This document shows, one piece after another, positions 33,011 to 46,811 of a stretch of 64,000 nucleotides of DNA (position 1 is its first letter; each line of letters begins with the position of its first letter). The notes beneath the pieces were generated by a model. It was not told the DNA's origin. It did no database searches and was given only the letters and a program-made list of their open reading frames with translations. The stretch comes from Squalus acanthias. Lineage: Eukaryota. The translations under genes and the position numbers were made by a program. The DNA lies in contig CM059433.1 in NCBI GenBank assembly GCA_030390025.1, forward strand, positions 11,162,001-11,226,000. The letters run 5' to 3'.

Positions 33011-34540
33011 ATCCCAGGTTGCTAAGGGAATTGGGGGAGGAGATAGCAGAAGGGCTTACCATAATTTTCCAATCTTCCCTAGACGTGGGGGAGGTGCCTG
33101 AGGATTGGAAAGTGGCAAATGTGACACCATTGTTCAAGAAAGGGTGTAAGGACAATCCTAGTAACTACAGACTGGTCAGTTTAACATCAGTGGTGGGTAA
33201 AGTTTTAGAAACAATAATCAAGGAAAGAATGAACGGGCACTTGGAGAGGTTTAAGCTAATTAAGGAGAGCCAACACGGATTTGTAAAAGGCAGATCGTGT
33301 TTGACTAATCTAATTGAATTTTTTGATGAAGTAACAGAGAGGATTGATGAAGGGAATGCAATGGATGTTGTCTACATGGATTTTAGGAAGGCGTTTGACA
33401 AAGTACCACATAGAAGGCTGGTTAACAAAATTGAGGCTCGTGGAATAGGTGGGTCAGTGGCAGCTTGGATAAGGAATTGGCTTAAGGACAGAAAACAGCG
33501 AGTTGTGGTAAATGGCTGTTTTTCAGACTGGAGGATGGTAGACAGCGGTGTTCCCCAAGGGTCAGTGCTGGGGCCACTGCTTTTTTGATATATAGAAATG
33601 ACCTGGATATTGGAATACAGAGTAGAATTTCTAAATTTGCCGACGACACCAAACTTGGGAGTCTGGCAAACAGTGAGGATGATACCAATCGACTGCAACA
33701 GGACATAGAAAGGCTAGCAGAATGGGCAGACAAGTGGCAGATGGAATTTAATACAGCGAAGTGTGAGGTGATGCATTTTGGCAGAAGGAACAGGGAGAGG
33801 CAATATACACATAATGGCACAGTTTTAAAGAGTGTGCAGGGACAGAGGGACCTGGGGGTTCATGTGCATAGGTCCCTGAAGGTGGCAGGACATATTGAGA
33901 GAGTGGTTAACAAAGCATATGGGATCTTGGGCTTCATAAATAGAGGTATTGAGTACAAAAGTAGAGAAGTTATGCTGAACCTTTATAAAGCGCTGGTTAG
34001 GCCACAACTGGAGTATTGCGTCCAGTTCTGGTCACCACACTTTAGGAAGGATGTGAAGGCCCTTGAGAAGGTGCAGAGGAGATTTACCAGAATGGTTCCA
34101 GGGATGGGGGATCTTAGCTACAAGGACAGGTTGGAGAAGCTGGATTTGTTTTCATTGGAGCAAAGGAGGTTGAGGGGTGATTTGATTATGACGGGTTTGG
34201 ACAGATTAGACGGGGAAAGGCTGTTCCCACTAGTTGATGGTACAAGGACTAGGAGACACAGATTTAAGGTTTTGGGCAAGAGATACAGGGGGATTTGAGG
34301 GAAAACTTTTTTACGCAGCGAGTGGTGATGACCTGGAATTCGCTGCCGACGGAAGTGGTGGAAGCGGAGACACTCAATGTTTTCAAGGGGAGACTGGATA
34401 GGCACTTGAGGGAAATAAACTTGCAGGGCTACAGGGATAGAGCGGGGGAATGGGACTGACTGGATTGCTCTACAGAGAGCTGGCAAGGACTCGATGGGCC
34501 GAATGGCCTCCTTCTGTGCCGTTATGACTCAATGACCCTG
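33011..34540 (+). mobile_element. 5'-truncated CR1 LINE
   Basis: VPEDWKVANVTPLFKKG..QHGFVKGRSCLTNL..KFADDTK; (atgactc)-type tail. Confidence 0.95.
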
Positions 34541-34832
34541 TAATCTACAGTATAAAGGCCTTGATGTTTGGTAAACTAACTAGATCACAGACCCATGAAA
34601 ATATGGGTTTACAAAAGTGCTAAGGGAACCGATTTTAGAAAGAAAGAAGAAAGAAAGACTTGCATTTATATAGCGCCTTTCACGATCACCGGACGTCTCA
34701 AAGCGCTTTACAGTCAATGAAGTACTTTTGAAGTGGAGTCACTGTTGTAATGTTGGAAACGCGGCAGCCAATTTGCGCACAGCAAGCTCCCACAAATGTG
34801 ATAATGACCAGATAATCTGTTTGTTTGTTATG

Positions 34833-35442
34833 ATAGCAAAATACTGCGGATGCTGGAAATCCGAAACAACAACAGAAAACGCTGGAAAAACTCAGCAGGC
34901 CAGGCAGCATCCGTGGAGAGAGAAACAGAGTTAACGTTTCAGGTCGATGACCTTTCGTCAGAACTGTGAAGAGCCGGAAATCAAATAGATTTAAGGCCAG
35001 AGTAAAGCTGGGAAAAGGGGGAGGGGATAAAAGAACAAAGGGGGAGATGAAGAGACATTAAGAGACATTAAGAGATATGCAAGGCTAGAGGTGGTGTTAA
35101 TGTGACAGATTAAGGCTGAAAGAAGTGTGAAATCCACTGGCAGAATGAAGGACAGCTGCCAGCTTCTAGGAGGAAAAAAAAGGTGGGGGGGGCAAATAAA
35201 AGGATGGAAAAAATAAAATATAAATGTGATTGGAGCTGAGGTTATGATCTAAAATTGTTGAACTCGATATTGAGTCCAGAGGGCTGTAGCGTGCCTAAAC
35301 GAAAGATGAGGTGCTGTTCCTCGAGCTTACGCTGCGCTTCCGTAGAACAGTATAATAGGCCGAGGACGGTGAGGTCAGAGTGGGAGTGAAGCGGTGAATT
35401 AAAGTGACAGGCCACCGGGAGCTCGGGGTCCCCCTTACGGAC
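34833..35442 (-). mobile_element. Penelope family A 3' fragment
   Basis: GIY-YIG tail plus pLTR; duplicated TGTTTGTTATG (34822-34832 and 35443-35453). Confidence 0.9.
34929..34965 (-). ncRNA. Minimal hammerhead ribozyme, intact core
   Basis: AGUU CUGACGA A AGGUC-AUC-GACCU GAA ACGU U AACU. Confidence 0.8.
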
Positions 35443-36623
35443 TGTTTGTTATGTTGATTGAGGGATAAATATTGGCCTCAGGACACCGGGGATAACCCCC
35501 CTGCTCTTCTTCAAAATAGTGCCCATGGGATCTTTTACATCCACCTAAGAGAGCAGACAAGGCCTCAGTTTAACATCTCATCCAAAAGACAGTACCTCCG
35601 ACAGTGCAGCGCTCCCTCAGCACTGCACAGGAGTATTAGCCTAGCTTTATGTACTCAAGTCCCTGGAGTGGGAATTGAACCCACAACCTTCTGACTCAGA
35701 GGTGAGTGTGCTACCCACTCAGCCACAGCTGAAACTAGCAACAGGAACAGTAAAAAGCATACATGTGGTACTGTATGAAAATCAGTACAATGTTCTATTT
35801 GTTCAACACACATTTTCCAGATCAGCTTCCCAAGCATTCCCAAGCTGCCACTTTAAACGGGATGCTATTTTTCTTTTATTTCACACACTTACACCTTTCC
35901 CATATTTACAATGTTTCTCCCACTTTCTCAGTACAAACTGTAATTCCTTTTGAGTGACTCACCAATTCCTGGGTTAAAATTAAGCTATATAAGGCTTACA
36001 CTTTGATGTAAGTTGATCATTGTTTGAGCTTCTTTCTTTAAAATGATGACTTCACTTTCCTTCTCTTGTATGTGGTCAGTCTACAGCCATTCCCACTGGC
36101 CCACTACTAAACTAAAGGCCTGAAAATATTGGCCGAGATACCTTTTACTTCAGCTCCGGTAGAGCTGCAGCTTACTAAAGTATGTACTTTATTTAACCAA
36201 GTGTAGAATTTGTTACAGTTTTCAGTTTTTGGCACTCTCTTCACCCTCAACAGTTTAATGGCAGTTCCTGTAGGTGGACCTTGTCCCCTATGATCTGGCA
36301 GTTATACCTTTTCTACAATCTGCCCTTGCAGGAGTGCATAAGCAAGGGGACAGCAATTACCCACCTTGCAGTAAACCCCTTACTGTACTTAACATGATCT
36401 TGTGCCATGTTGCCAAATCCTCATTGAAATGGCGGATACTATTTCACAAACCAGAGGTTTATTTAAAGTATACACACTAACATGAAGCACAATAATCAGT
36501 TCATAACAAAGGTACAAAATTTATAAACATAAGTACATAAGAATATTCATAATAGGCCAATTTCCCTTTATAAGGACGGCTTCTCATTGAACTCTTGAAT
36601 CTCTCTTAATTTTGATAAACAAT

Positions 36624-37402
36624 GGCTCAGAATTTGTGGTCAGGATGATGGCAAGCTGGTAGCGTCCGCTGTCATTCCGCCTTTGAAACTGACCACAACT
36701 TCGGGATTTGACGCAGGCACATGCGGGAATCCCGACGTTGTGGTCAGTCATTGACAGCATTGAAACTGGCTGCGCTGTGCAGCCACCCCCCCCACAGAGC
36801 CGGCAATCTGTGTAATCAGCCAAATCAGGGAAACTGACGAAAACTTCGGCTCTTCCGCAGTAATGACACTGTAAAATTCCCCACTAAAAGTTAGACCCAA
36901 AGGGATTAGGTGTAACTGGGGTTTTGATAGCGTTATTACTGCTAAGCAAATGTTAAGGGCCTGGAAAACTAATTTTAATTTTGTGCAGTGTGAAATTTGT
37001 CCATTTTAATAAAAATTAAAATGTTTGAAATTTTTGAGAAAAAAAAATTCAATTTTTTTTTAAAGTCTGCGGATCTTTATTTCAGGTTTGCCTTTTCTCC
37101 ATGTGAGAACCCCAATCTTTCTTGTGCTCTCTCTAACTATTTAAAAAAGTTAGAATTTTAAGGGTTTACCCACTTCCTTGTTCGCTGTCTGTGAGAATTC
37201 TGCCTTTCGATTGGCTGCTTTCACAGCTTGGTGACATCACAGCAGCTCGCGCAAGGGGATCCCCATTAAGTTCCATTGAATTGAATTGTAGGTCAGAAAA
37301 CTCAAACTTCTCGACACAGGGATCGCGAGATCCTTGCGTGGAGCGTACTTTGGGGCCAGCAGCGAACACCTTCACTTCGCTGCTGATTGCAAATTCCGGG
37401 CC
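36624..37402. mobile_element. Harbinger-type MITE (other family; degenerate relative at ~51926-52640)
   Basis: TIRs ggctcagaatttg / caaattccgggcc; GC-rich ends and AT-rich core. Confidence 0.7.
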
Positions 37403-37550
37403 ATAGATATTTTTTTCTGCACAGTAAATTCAGCTTTGTTTTGCCATCTGAAAAACCTCTTGTATAAATGTGTCCTCAAGCAGGGAATGATATTGAGAGG
37501 GCAAAATTCCTCCTGTCAAGAATTTTATTGAAAAAGTAAGTTTGAATACT

Positions 37551-37604
37551 CATAGAAACATAGAAACATAGAAACATATGTTTCTATGTTTCTATGTTTC
37601 TATG
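37551..37604. repeat. Perfect 54-bp palindrome of CR1-tail octamers, (catagaaa)3-catatg-(tttctatg)3
   Basis: Direct reading; flanked by TGAATACTCAT (37543-37553 and 37603-37613). Confidence 0.95.
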
Positions 37605-37611
37605 AATACTC

Positions 37612-37977
37612 ATGGGGGGTCGAGACAGGGTAGATAGAGAGAAACTGTTCCTATTGGTGGATGGGTCGAGAACCAGAGGACACAGATTTAAAGTGACTGG
37701 CAAAAGAACCAAAGCGACATGAGGGAAAACTTTTTTTACGCAGCGAGTGGTTAGGATCTGGAATGCACTGCCTGAGAGGGTGGTGGAGGCAGATTCATTC
37801 GTGGCTTTCAAAAAGGAATTGGATAAGTACCTGAAGGAAAAACATTTGCAGGGCTCCGGGGAAAGGGCGGGGGAGTGGGACTAGCTGAAGTGCTCTTGCA
37901 GAGAGCCGGCACGGGCTCGACGGGCCGAATGGCCTCCTTCCATGCTGTAACCATTCTATGATTCGGTGATTCTATGA
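37612..37977 (+). mobile_element. CR1 3' fragment
   Basis: DRVDREKLF..TRGHRFK..FFTQRVV; (attctatg)-type tail. Confidence 0.88.
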
Positions 37978-38971
37978 GTACAAGACAGGAAATTCCATTT
38001 TTGTACTTAACTGATTTTTCATTATCATTATCAATAGGAAGATTTTTAGCTGCCCGAAACTCTTGTTCTGATCAAACAGCAGATTTTGAAAGAATTCGCA
38101 TACTGGCCGAGAAATTGGTTTTGCTCCTGAAACCAGCGCGGCTGGAAAGCCTGCCCAAAGATAGAGGCTTGAGGCGAACTCCAAATTGGGTCTGGGGCTC
38201 AACCACATAAAACCAGTGAGCAGCAAACGCTAATCGGGCACCCCGATGCAGTCTCGCCAGTAGGGGCCCTGGAAAATTCAGCTAGGTAAGTCCTGTTGGG
38301 GGGGCGGGTGCGTGATGAATGTTTGACCTAAATTTTCATCGGTGGCCTCCAGCGGTCTCTTTAAGGCAACTGCAGACCCAGAGAAACTGATTGCTGCATG
38401 CTCCACCCAGGTTTTGCCGAATTTAGCAGCGGGGTCCTAACACAGGCATTAGGCCCTGATTGACAGATTCAATGGGCTCCAACATCTGTTTTAGCTGGGC
38501 ATTGGAAGTCGTTGGCTGCTAATCCTCTTGTTCCTGGAAACTGCTCCCACCAATTCTAATTTTTGCGCATAAAAAACAGACACAATAGAGAACAACTTCT
38601 CCCATACTGCTTCAGGACTTGCTTTGGTGTCAAGACCAACTCTTCAGTTAACTCCTCAACATACAGGTTCCCAGACCTATTTAACAATACTTCACATGTA
38701 CACTCCATTAACAATAGAAAACAGATGTAAATACTTTGCATACCTGTGTCAAACATACAAATATTCACCATGGGATTTCTTTTGATCTAAGTAACATCGC
38801 TGATGACTAAATTAAGGAAATAAACAAATTTTATCTTTTGATCTTGATATTTGTGAAACCAACACATTGGATTTTCCCGCAGAGCCTGTTTCTGGTTTAT
38901 TGCAAGGTGCTATGCTGATCATTTGTGGGTTGCTGCCATTAAAATCATTGGGGTAGATTTTCGTCTTCATG

Positions 38972-39409
38972 TGGTAGCACGCTTGCCTCCGAGTCAGTAG
39001 GTTGTGGGTTCAAGTCCCACTCCAGGGAGTTGAGCACAAAAATCTAGGCTGACACTCCAGTGCAGTGCTGAGGGAGTGCTGCACTGTCGGAGGTGCCATC
39101 TTTCAGATGAGACGTTAAACCGAGGCCCCGTCTGCTCTCTCAGGTGGACGTAAAAGATCCCGTGGCACTATTCCGAAGAAGAACGGGGGAGTTCTCCCCG
39201 GTTTCCTGGCCAATATTCATCCCTCAACCAACATCACTAAGAAACAGATGATCTGGTCATTATCACATTGCTGTTTGTGGGAGCTTGCTATGCGCAAATT
39301 AGCTGCAGCATTTCCTACATTATAACAGCGACTACACTTCAAGAGTACTTCATTGGCTGTAAAGTGCTTTGGGATATCCTGAGGTTGTGAATGCGCTATA
39401 GAAATGCAA
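38972..39409 (+). mobile_element. Deu-domain SINE (tail resumes at 40253-40267)
   Basis: tRNA head and Deu core; the tail aaatgcaa|gtctttc is split by a MITE. Confidence 0.9.
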
Positions 39410-40252
39410 GGGGGAAATATTCGGTATCGCCCATTTTGGGGTGCTAATATCAGCCGGGCGCAAAGTTTAGCGCCTGGCGCTAATTATCGCCTCTGACTGC
39501 AAAATTTGCCTCTCTCGCCCCTGGAGGTGATTTGAGCGCTAAATCAGGCGCTACGCACCTCTCTTAAGGCGCTAACATCGGGGAGCGAGGCGCTACCTCA
39601 GAACGCTACTGAAGCTCAGGCGATGTCAGTCACCATGGAAGCTAGACAGACTGGCGCCGTCCAGTTCTTAAAGGGGAGGGGCCATCTTGCTGGCCAGCCA
39701 CAACCTGCTCATTGCAGCCTTGAATCTCGGCCTGGAGTGACCTCTGAAGCAATTGTGTTGGAAGCACTGATGGATAGGCCCAGGGAAAGAGCTCGGCACT
39801 TAGGAACCTCAAAAGTTGTGCTGAGGGCCAAAACTCCTTAGGACAGCGTTAAATCTCTCCAAACGTCTCTCTCCCGCTCAACCTGTGTGTACCAAAAATT
39901 ATGCCGACAAGAAAAGGCAGGAAGCGCCCGCCTTTAAATAGCGTTCCCCCAGCCTCTTCCCGACTTGAAAACGTTCCCCTCTACCTGTCGTTCCTAGCGG
40001 TAGGCGCTAAGGCAGGGGGCGTGACTCTATATCTGGTCCGGGGCGCTACCGGGGCGTTGCACGCTCGACTGATGTCACGATCTGTGGGCGCAGGAGATCG
40101 TGGCGGTAGTGTTCAGCGCCGCCGCAAAACAGCTGGTCAATTTCGCGAGCGGCGCTAAAATCGCCGCGCTCGGGCGCGCAGTTCCTAGGGCCCCGTTTGC
40201 GACCCCCCTGAGGCGCTAATGGGAGGCACTAACCAACCGAACTTTTTCCCCT
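39410..40252. mobile_element. Harbinger non-autonomous element (family M2)
   Basis: TIR gggggaaatatt / aactttttcccct, TSD CAA; ends match element H2. Confidence 0.9.
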
Positions 40253-40555
40253 CAAGTCTTTCTTTTATGTCTAATGTCCTTTCCCATATGCACAAATGAG
40301 CTTGAAAATGTTGCCTGCCTGTTTTCTAAAATCTTCAATCTATATGAATTGCAGTTTACTGAAGAGTAAACCTAACCTTCCTGCCTACTTGTAACATTAA
40401 AAAATAACTGGTATTCAGGTGTCAATGAGTAAAGCTCTATTGTTGCGGGGCAGAAAACGATGCAGAAACCAGCAGTCTAACCTGAGTCTGACAGGTTATG
40501 ACAGGTGTCAGGACCAGTCTTAGACCAGACCTTCCTATCAGTAACAATACTCTGA

Positions 40556-43164
40556 GGGCTGGATTTTGACAGCGCTCAGAGGGCGGGTTTGGAGGTGGGT
40601 CCGCTGTCAAAATAGCAAAGATTGACAGCGAGTAGGAAATCCTGTCTGCGCAGAACTAACCCGACACCAAGCGGCGGGGGAAACAGTTGAGCTCATTAAA
40701 TGGCTTGTTAGCAGCCAATTTAATGCTATTTTGAGCCTTCCTTATAATTTTACGTGCTCCCTCATGGGTTACCCGCTGCTCGGGGAACACGCCAGCTCAC
40801 TCTGGCGTGAGTTGAGTCTGCTCTGATTTATCTGATAACCTGACAGCTGCAGAAGTGGTGTAAAGGATGCCATGTTGCAGATGTTCAGTTTCAGAGCTCA
40901 GAAACTGTTGGTTACTGCACTTGTAAGACATATAGGGGGAGAAATTCGGTATCACCCCATTTGGGGCACAATTATCGGCCGGGCGCAAAGTTTAGCGCTT
41001 GGCGCTAATTATCACCTCCGACTGCAAACTTGGTTTCTATCGCCCGTGGAGGTGATTGGAGTGCTAAATCAGGCGCTACACACCTCTCTTAAGGCGCTAA
41101 CGCTGCGGAGTGAGGCGCTACCTCAGAGCGCTGGCGAAGCTCATGTGATGTCAGTCAGCAATGGAACACAGGCACACTGGCGCCGGCCAGTTCTTAAAGG
41201 GGAGTGTCGATCTTGCTCTCCATCCACACCCTGCTCATTGCAGCCTTGAATCTCGGCCTGGAGAGACCTCTACATCAAATCTGCTGGAAAGACAATGGAG
41301 TGGCTGAGAGTGCAGCCCCCACAGTCTCTTCTAAATCGATGCAAGGAAAATTAAATCAAATGAACCTGCAAAGTGCTGCTCAGTACCCAAAATTTCTCAA
41401 CACAGCGTTGAATATCTCCAGAAGTCTCTCTCTCTCTCACTCAGAATGCATGGTGCAAAAATGTCGCTGACAAAAAAAGGCAGGAAGCGGTCACCTTTAA
41501 ATAGCACTCCCCCAGTCCCTTCCCAACTTCAAAACGCTCCCCTCAACCTGTCGTTGCTAGCGGCAGGCGGTAAGGCAGGGGGTGCCACTCAATATCCACT
41601 CCGGGGCGCTACCGGGGCATTGCACGCTTGACTGACGTCACGATCTGCGGGCGCAGGAGATCGTGGCGGTAGTGTTTAGTACCGCCGCAAAATGTCTGGT
41701 CAATTTCGCGAGTGGCGCAAACATCGTCGCACCTGGGCGCTAGTTGCTTTGCGCCCCATTAGCACCTTAAGAGGGCACTAATGAGGCGCAAAGCAAACAA
41801 ATTTTTCCCCCTATATAGAGATTTCTTTATCTTGCAAGTGTTTAGAGGCAACTGTATATCCAGTGGCACCTCATTGGAACAACCTCTCTCACCATTGACA
41901 GATCGCTTCTGTCATCTCACCTGCAGCTGCCATCTATTGCAGCAACATCAGTGCCCTTGAAAATATCAGACCCTGGTCCTCTGAATCCTTCTACGATCAG
42001 CCCCAACACCAACATCACCAGGCACACCAACATCACCAACAACATCACCAACCTTATCCGCCATCACCTGATGCTGCACTGGACACAGGGCATCAGCACC
42101 CGACAACATTGCTGCCCGGGAGGCCAGCGATGGCATCACCATGGCCAGATTTACTTCACTTGATGCTGTACGCCCTGGCTGCCACATGATGCGCCAGGTT
42201 GACATCATCCCACACCAGCACCATGAAGCATCCCTACAATGTCCAAGCCATTCCATGCACACTCATCACTTTAGCGGGTGGGAGGGGGGAAGTTATGTCT
42301 CAACATTCACTGGAACTCAGTAAGACACTTCCAAAGGTGCGCACAGATCTGTCCAATAAGGTGAAGTGTTGAATATATAGATTTTCACTACATGACAACA
42401 CATTAACAGAAACTTCACATTGGCTAAACCTCTCAAGTGCCTACCCTTGTGTGTTGATTGTTGGTATGCTTGCAGTAGGATGAGGGTGAGTGTGAGGGGT
42501 GGCTAGTTAGATGGGGATGTGATAATGTAGATAGAGAGGGATGGGTGGAGGTGCAAGGTAAGTTGGTGTGAGTAAGGATGTGCAGGAGTATGGTAGGGAA
42601 GGCAGAGTGATGGGGATGCGATGAGTTGCACAGCAGGATGAGGTTGAGTGTGGCTTTGCAATAACCTTTCGTGATCTACTGAGATCATTGAAAGGTTGGC
42701 GCCACTGCAGCCAGGCACTCCTGACGACATCCTTGCTTGTGTCCTCCTGTGCAATGTGCAACCAGACTGTTTTGGTGTCCTGGGAAGGTTTCTTCCGCCC
42801 ATGGGAAGGGAAGAGAATATCCCTGCGTGCTGTGACTCTCTCCATAAGCATATGGAGGGAGTCATGCGAGAGCCTGGGTGCAGCCGTGCACCTTTGTGCA
42901 GTGCTTGTCAGTGTTTGCAGCACCTCAATGCTGTAGAACACTGACAGCACAACTGTCAAAATGAATGTGGACATGGCCCCTTTAAGGAAACCGGCTGATG
43001 ACGCGTCATCAAATGACGTCATCAGACCCGCTTCCTGTTAATTGGCCGGGAACCCTGCAGGGCGGAAAATCTTTTTCAGAGAGCGGCTGCAGACGGGAGC
43101 GGGACCGGAACCCGCCAACCAGCTCTCCCGCCGCCATCCCGCCTCCGCAGGGAAAATCACGCGT
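40556..43164. mobile_element. Harbinger deletion derivative retaining Myb/SANT exon 1 (family M3)
   Basis: TIR gggctggatttt; minus strand AAPRLSHDSLHMLM..ILFP..WLHIA..FNDLSRS; paralog at 49479-51827. Confidence 0.75.
40935..41811. mobile_element. Harbinger M2 element nested in M3
   Basis: TIR gggggagaaatt / aatttttccccc; TSD ambiguous within a TA microrepeat. Confidence 0.9.
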
Positions 43165-44369
43165 TAACCACTTAACAGAGAATCAGTCTGAACTTAGAGT
43201 AACATGTGAGGAGATAGTTTAAAATACCATGAAAATATTATTCAAAAGGTTTTATCACCCAACAAATTAAGTTTACAAATGTGTAACATGTATTCTAGCA
43301 CTTCATAAATAATTAATAATAAGTTTTGTTATGAAATGTCAAAAAAGGTATCCATCTAGAATATCAGCAATAGTTTTACCAAAGCAACTGTAATATTTTC
43401 CCCTTATTTAAGTTATCATCTCTGATCATTATTCATAAACCTGTCTAATCTGATAAGTATTATTTCGGGGAATGGGTTCATAATTGCATATTTTTGCATT
43501 TCCTGAAAGAGATGGAATCTGTACTCTCCAATCTGCACTGCTGTGACCAGTGCCTGTGCTATAGAATATGTGTGGGAAAAAGAAACTTAACAGCTAATTT
43601 TGAAATGTTTTATAATTCGCAAATATTGTAGAAACGCCTAACCTTCCTAATGTCATCAAATATTTTGCCCATGGCACAAAATTACGAACAGAAACCTTGA
43701 AAGGGTTCATTGTGCATCAGAATGGTATCATATCAGTCAGCCCATGGGATTAGACAGGACTCCTCCTTTGCTCAGCTTATGAAGTCTCATTTTAAAACCA
43801 TCAAAGGCTGTCCCTGCACAAATATGTTGCGCTTTGGGGGTTTGACTCTCGATAGTTTCCTCGGGTTCATTCAGTGCCTCAGAGCACCTCTGAAAGTCAG
43901 CCCCTCACTCTCTGCAGCCTGTAGTGTGACGTGACCCCACTCAATATCTAGGATCTTCCTCAGCTTTGGAAGGCGATAGAATAAACATTTCACTGGACTG
44001 TAGTTTAGGCTACAAATCACCAAACGCATTCGTTAAACGGTCAATGGATAAGTGAACAGAAGCAACGGCATATTGTACATTTACTGTATCCCTATTGAAA
44101 AATAATCAGTAAGATACAAAAAGTACCAGTTGTATCTGTTGCGCTAAACTGCAATGTGAACTGCACTGGGCGTAAGGGAAAAAAATTCCTTGGCCCGGCT
44201 CCACTGGTGATAGTGTGGGAGAGCAGGTGCCGGCAACCTAGGCTCCCAACGCCACTGGAGTAACCAGGAAAAGGCTGCAGCCACCTGTTTTGCTTAGGTC
44301 AGGCAGGTACCTGTGCGACTATGGGCATGATCATCAGCACCTAACCGTAGGCGGGCCGGGAAGAGCAGT

Positions 44370-45087
44370 GTTCCTTGTTTGTGAATCCCTCCATGGCCTT
44401 GCCCCTCCCTACCTCTGTAACCTCCTCCAGCCCGAAACCCTCCGAAATCTCTGCGCTCCCCCCCAATTCTAGCCTCTTGCGCATCCCTAATTTTCATCAC
44501 TCCACCATTGGTGCCATGCCTTCAGCTGCCTTGGCTCTAAGCTGTGGACTTCCCTCTCTCAACCTCGCCGCCTCTCCACCTCTCTCTCCTCCTTTAACAC
44601 CTACCCCTTTGACCAAGATTTTGGTCAGCTCTCCTGATACAGGAAACTCTTTGGCATCTGGCACCTACGGGACCGGATGGTGCCGGTTGATTAAAAATTC
44701 TGGATAACGGAGAGGGTTATCTACCGAGGCTATTTTTAACAAAGAGTCAGACTCCTGTCATTGAGGTGTTCGGACTTCCGACAGCGCCAAGAAGCCGAGT
44801 AGTGGCAGTTTGGAGAACTACTCCCACTGACTAACTCGGCCGTCGCCGGAGACTCGGACTCGGACTCGGTAACATTTCCGGTTATTGAGGTGTTGTTTTC
44901 GGAGTATGAATTTTGCCGGTTAATAGAGAATTCCGGATATTTAGGTGCCGTTTAAACGAGAGTTTCCTGATAACTTCTTATGTGGCTCGGTGTCGAACTT
45001 TGTTTGATAACGCTCCTGTAAAGCGCTTTGCGACATTATAACACGTCAAAGGCGACATATAAATACAAGTTGTTGCTGTTGTTGTTG
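44370..45087 (+). mobile_element. L2 3' fragment split by a Tigger-like MITE
   Basis: ctccatggccttgcccctccctacctctgtaac; tail ataaatacaagttgttg. Confidence 0.8.
44640..44969. mobile_element. Tigger-like MITE, copy 2
   Basis: TIR CAGGAAACTCT; inverted relative to 16128-16482. Confidence 0.85.
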
Positions 45088-45701
45088 CGTTAGAAAGCCA
45101 CTTGCTGCCAAATCAGCCCCTTTCATACAGAGGCTGATATTACTCAAGCTGGCGATGTTCTGCTTGGCCCCAGGTGACAGGAGCAGCTTTCGCCTTGCGC
45201 AGGCCCTGTACAAAGGCTTGGTTTGGGGGCTGCTACACTTTACTGGACAGTGATACCGTATACAGCTAAAACTTGCTACAATTGCTGAAAGCAAAATTAA
45301 ATGGTTGGATGAATGAAACGGACTCGGCCTCTGTTGCCGCAGCGACTGTGATTTTTTTTTACATGTCATGGTGCATCTATTGATTTTAAACGATGACAGT
45401 GCTGGAAGCGCCTGCATTAGCTTTAGCAGAGCCGCTGAGAGCCGGGAAGCGGCGAGTGCAGGAGGCTCTCCCCCTTAAACCGATTCTGGAACCCGCTAAA
45501 GCTGCCATTCTGCCGCGCTCCAAAGGACGTCAGGAAGTCTCGATCAATGGGGCTGCAGTACCACCACCACCACGGGGCCCCTAGTTGCGCGCGGTAACTC
45601 GTTACATTGCGTCAGTTCACTGGATCTCTTCGGTGGGGGGCCCCTGACTGGCTCTAATTGCCAGGCTCTAAAGCTGCCCCTGGCAGGTAGGCCTCACTTC
45701 C

Positions 45702-46137
45702 AGCACCTTTCACAACCTCAGGATGTTCCAAAGCACTTTACAGCCAATGAAGCACTTTTTGAAGTGTAGTCACTGTTGTAATGTGGGAAACGTGGCAGCC
45801 AATTTGCACACAGCAAGGTCCCACAAACAGCAATGCGATAATGACCAGATCATCTGTTCTAGTAATGTTGGTTGAGGGATAAACATTGGCCGGGATACCG
45901 GGGAGAACTCTCCTGCTCTTCTTCGAATAGTGGCCATGGGATCTTTTATGTCCACCAGAGAGAGCAGGGCCTTGGTTTAACGTCTCATGCGAAAGACGTC
46001 ACCTCCGACAGTGCAGCGCTCCCTCAGTACTGCACCGAAGTGTCAGCCTAGGTTTTTGTGCTCAAGTCTCTGGAGTGGGATTTGAACCCATGACCTATCT
46101 GACTCAGAGGTGAGTGTGCTACCCACGGAGCCACAGC
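45702..46137 (-). mobile_element. Deu-domain SINE
   Basis: Colinear with the other copies. Confidence 0.88.
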
Positions 46138-46811
46138 TTCGCCCCCCTCTGATGTCAGGGGCCATGTTTTGCCGGAATACAAATTGGAAGACTGCAGTGT
46201 TTGGAGTCAAACCTGGCATTTCCGAACCCCAATTATGGTCTTCTCTGGGCCTCCTAAATCTATCTGCCACTGGGGCTGAGGATTTTCAGCCCCATAGTCC
46301 ATGAATATTAACCATTATGTGTTAGGCTGCTACCGATCACCCATGGAGTTTCTCTGGCCTTTCCCCGTTGGCTTCGGACAGTTCACCTAATTTCTACAAG
46401 CGAAGCTGAGAAAATCGCTTTAAAAATTGATCGTGGCAAAGAAAATTTAAATATGTGCCTCTTGAACTCAAAAGAGAGCTGCCAATCAAACATACAGACA
46501 GAGCCACAATATGCTTGTGTTTGTATTGAATGGCCTGACCTTTCCCTCAAGTACCTGAGCAGACATAATGGGCTGGATTTTCTTCCATACGCGTTTACTC
46601 TGGGCTAGGTTGGGGTAAAGCACAGCCAGGGTTCCTGCTTGTGATTGTTATCCAGTGACTCTTGCTGGAAACCTCAGGTGGTGTTAGCTATGTGGTCTAC
46701 CTCAGGCAAATAGTCTGCCTGCACTCACTAAATAGTTGCATGCATGAGGAATAGCCACTTAGGCCAGAGGAGAAGCAGCACCCGCAGAACTGGACAATGA
46801 ATCTTTCAATA

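Larger units (their letters stand above)
34638..35730 (-). mobile_element. Deu-domain SINE interrupted by a Penelope fragment
   Basis: SINE halves at 34638-34832 and 35443-35730. Confidence 0.88.

Noticed and set aside
37551..37604. CRISPR-like array or telomeric fusion
   Set aside because: No spacers, eukaryotic context, and the unit is the CR1 tail octamer, not TTAGGG.
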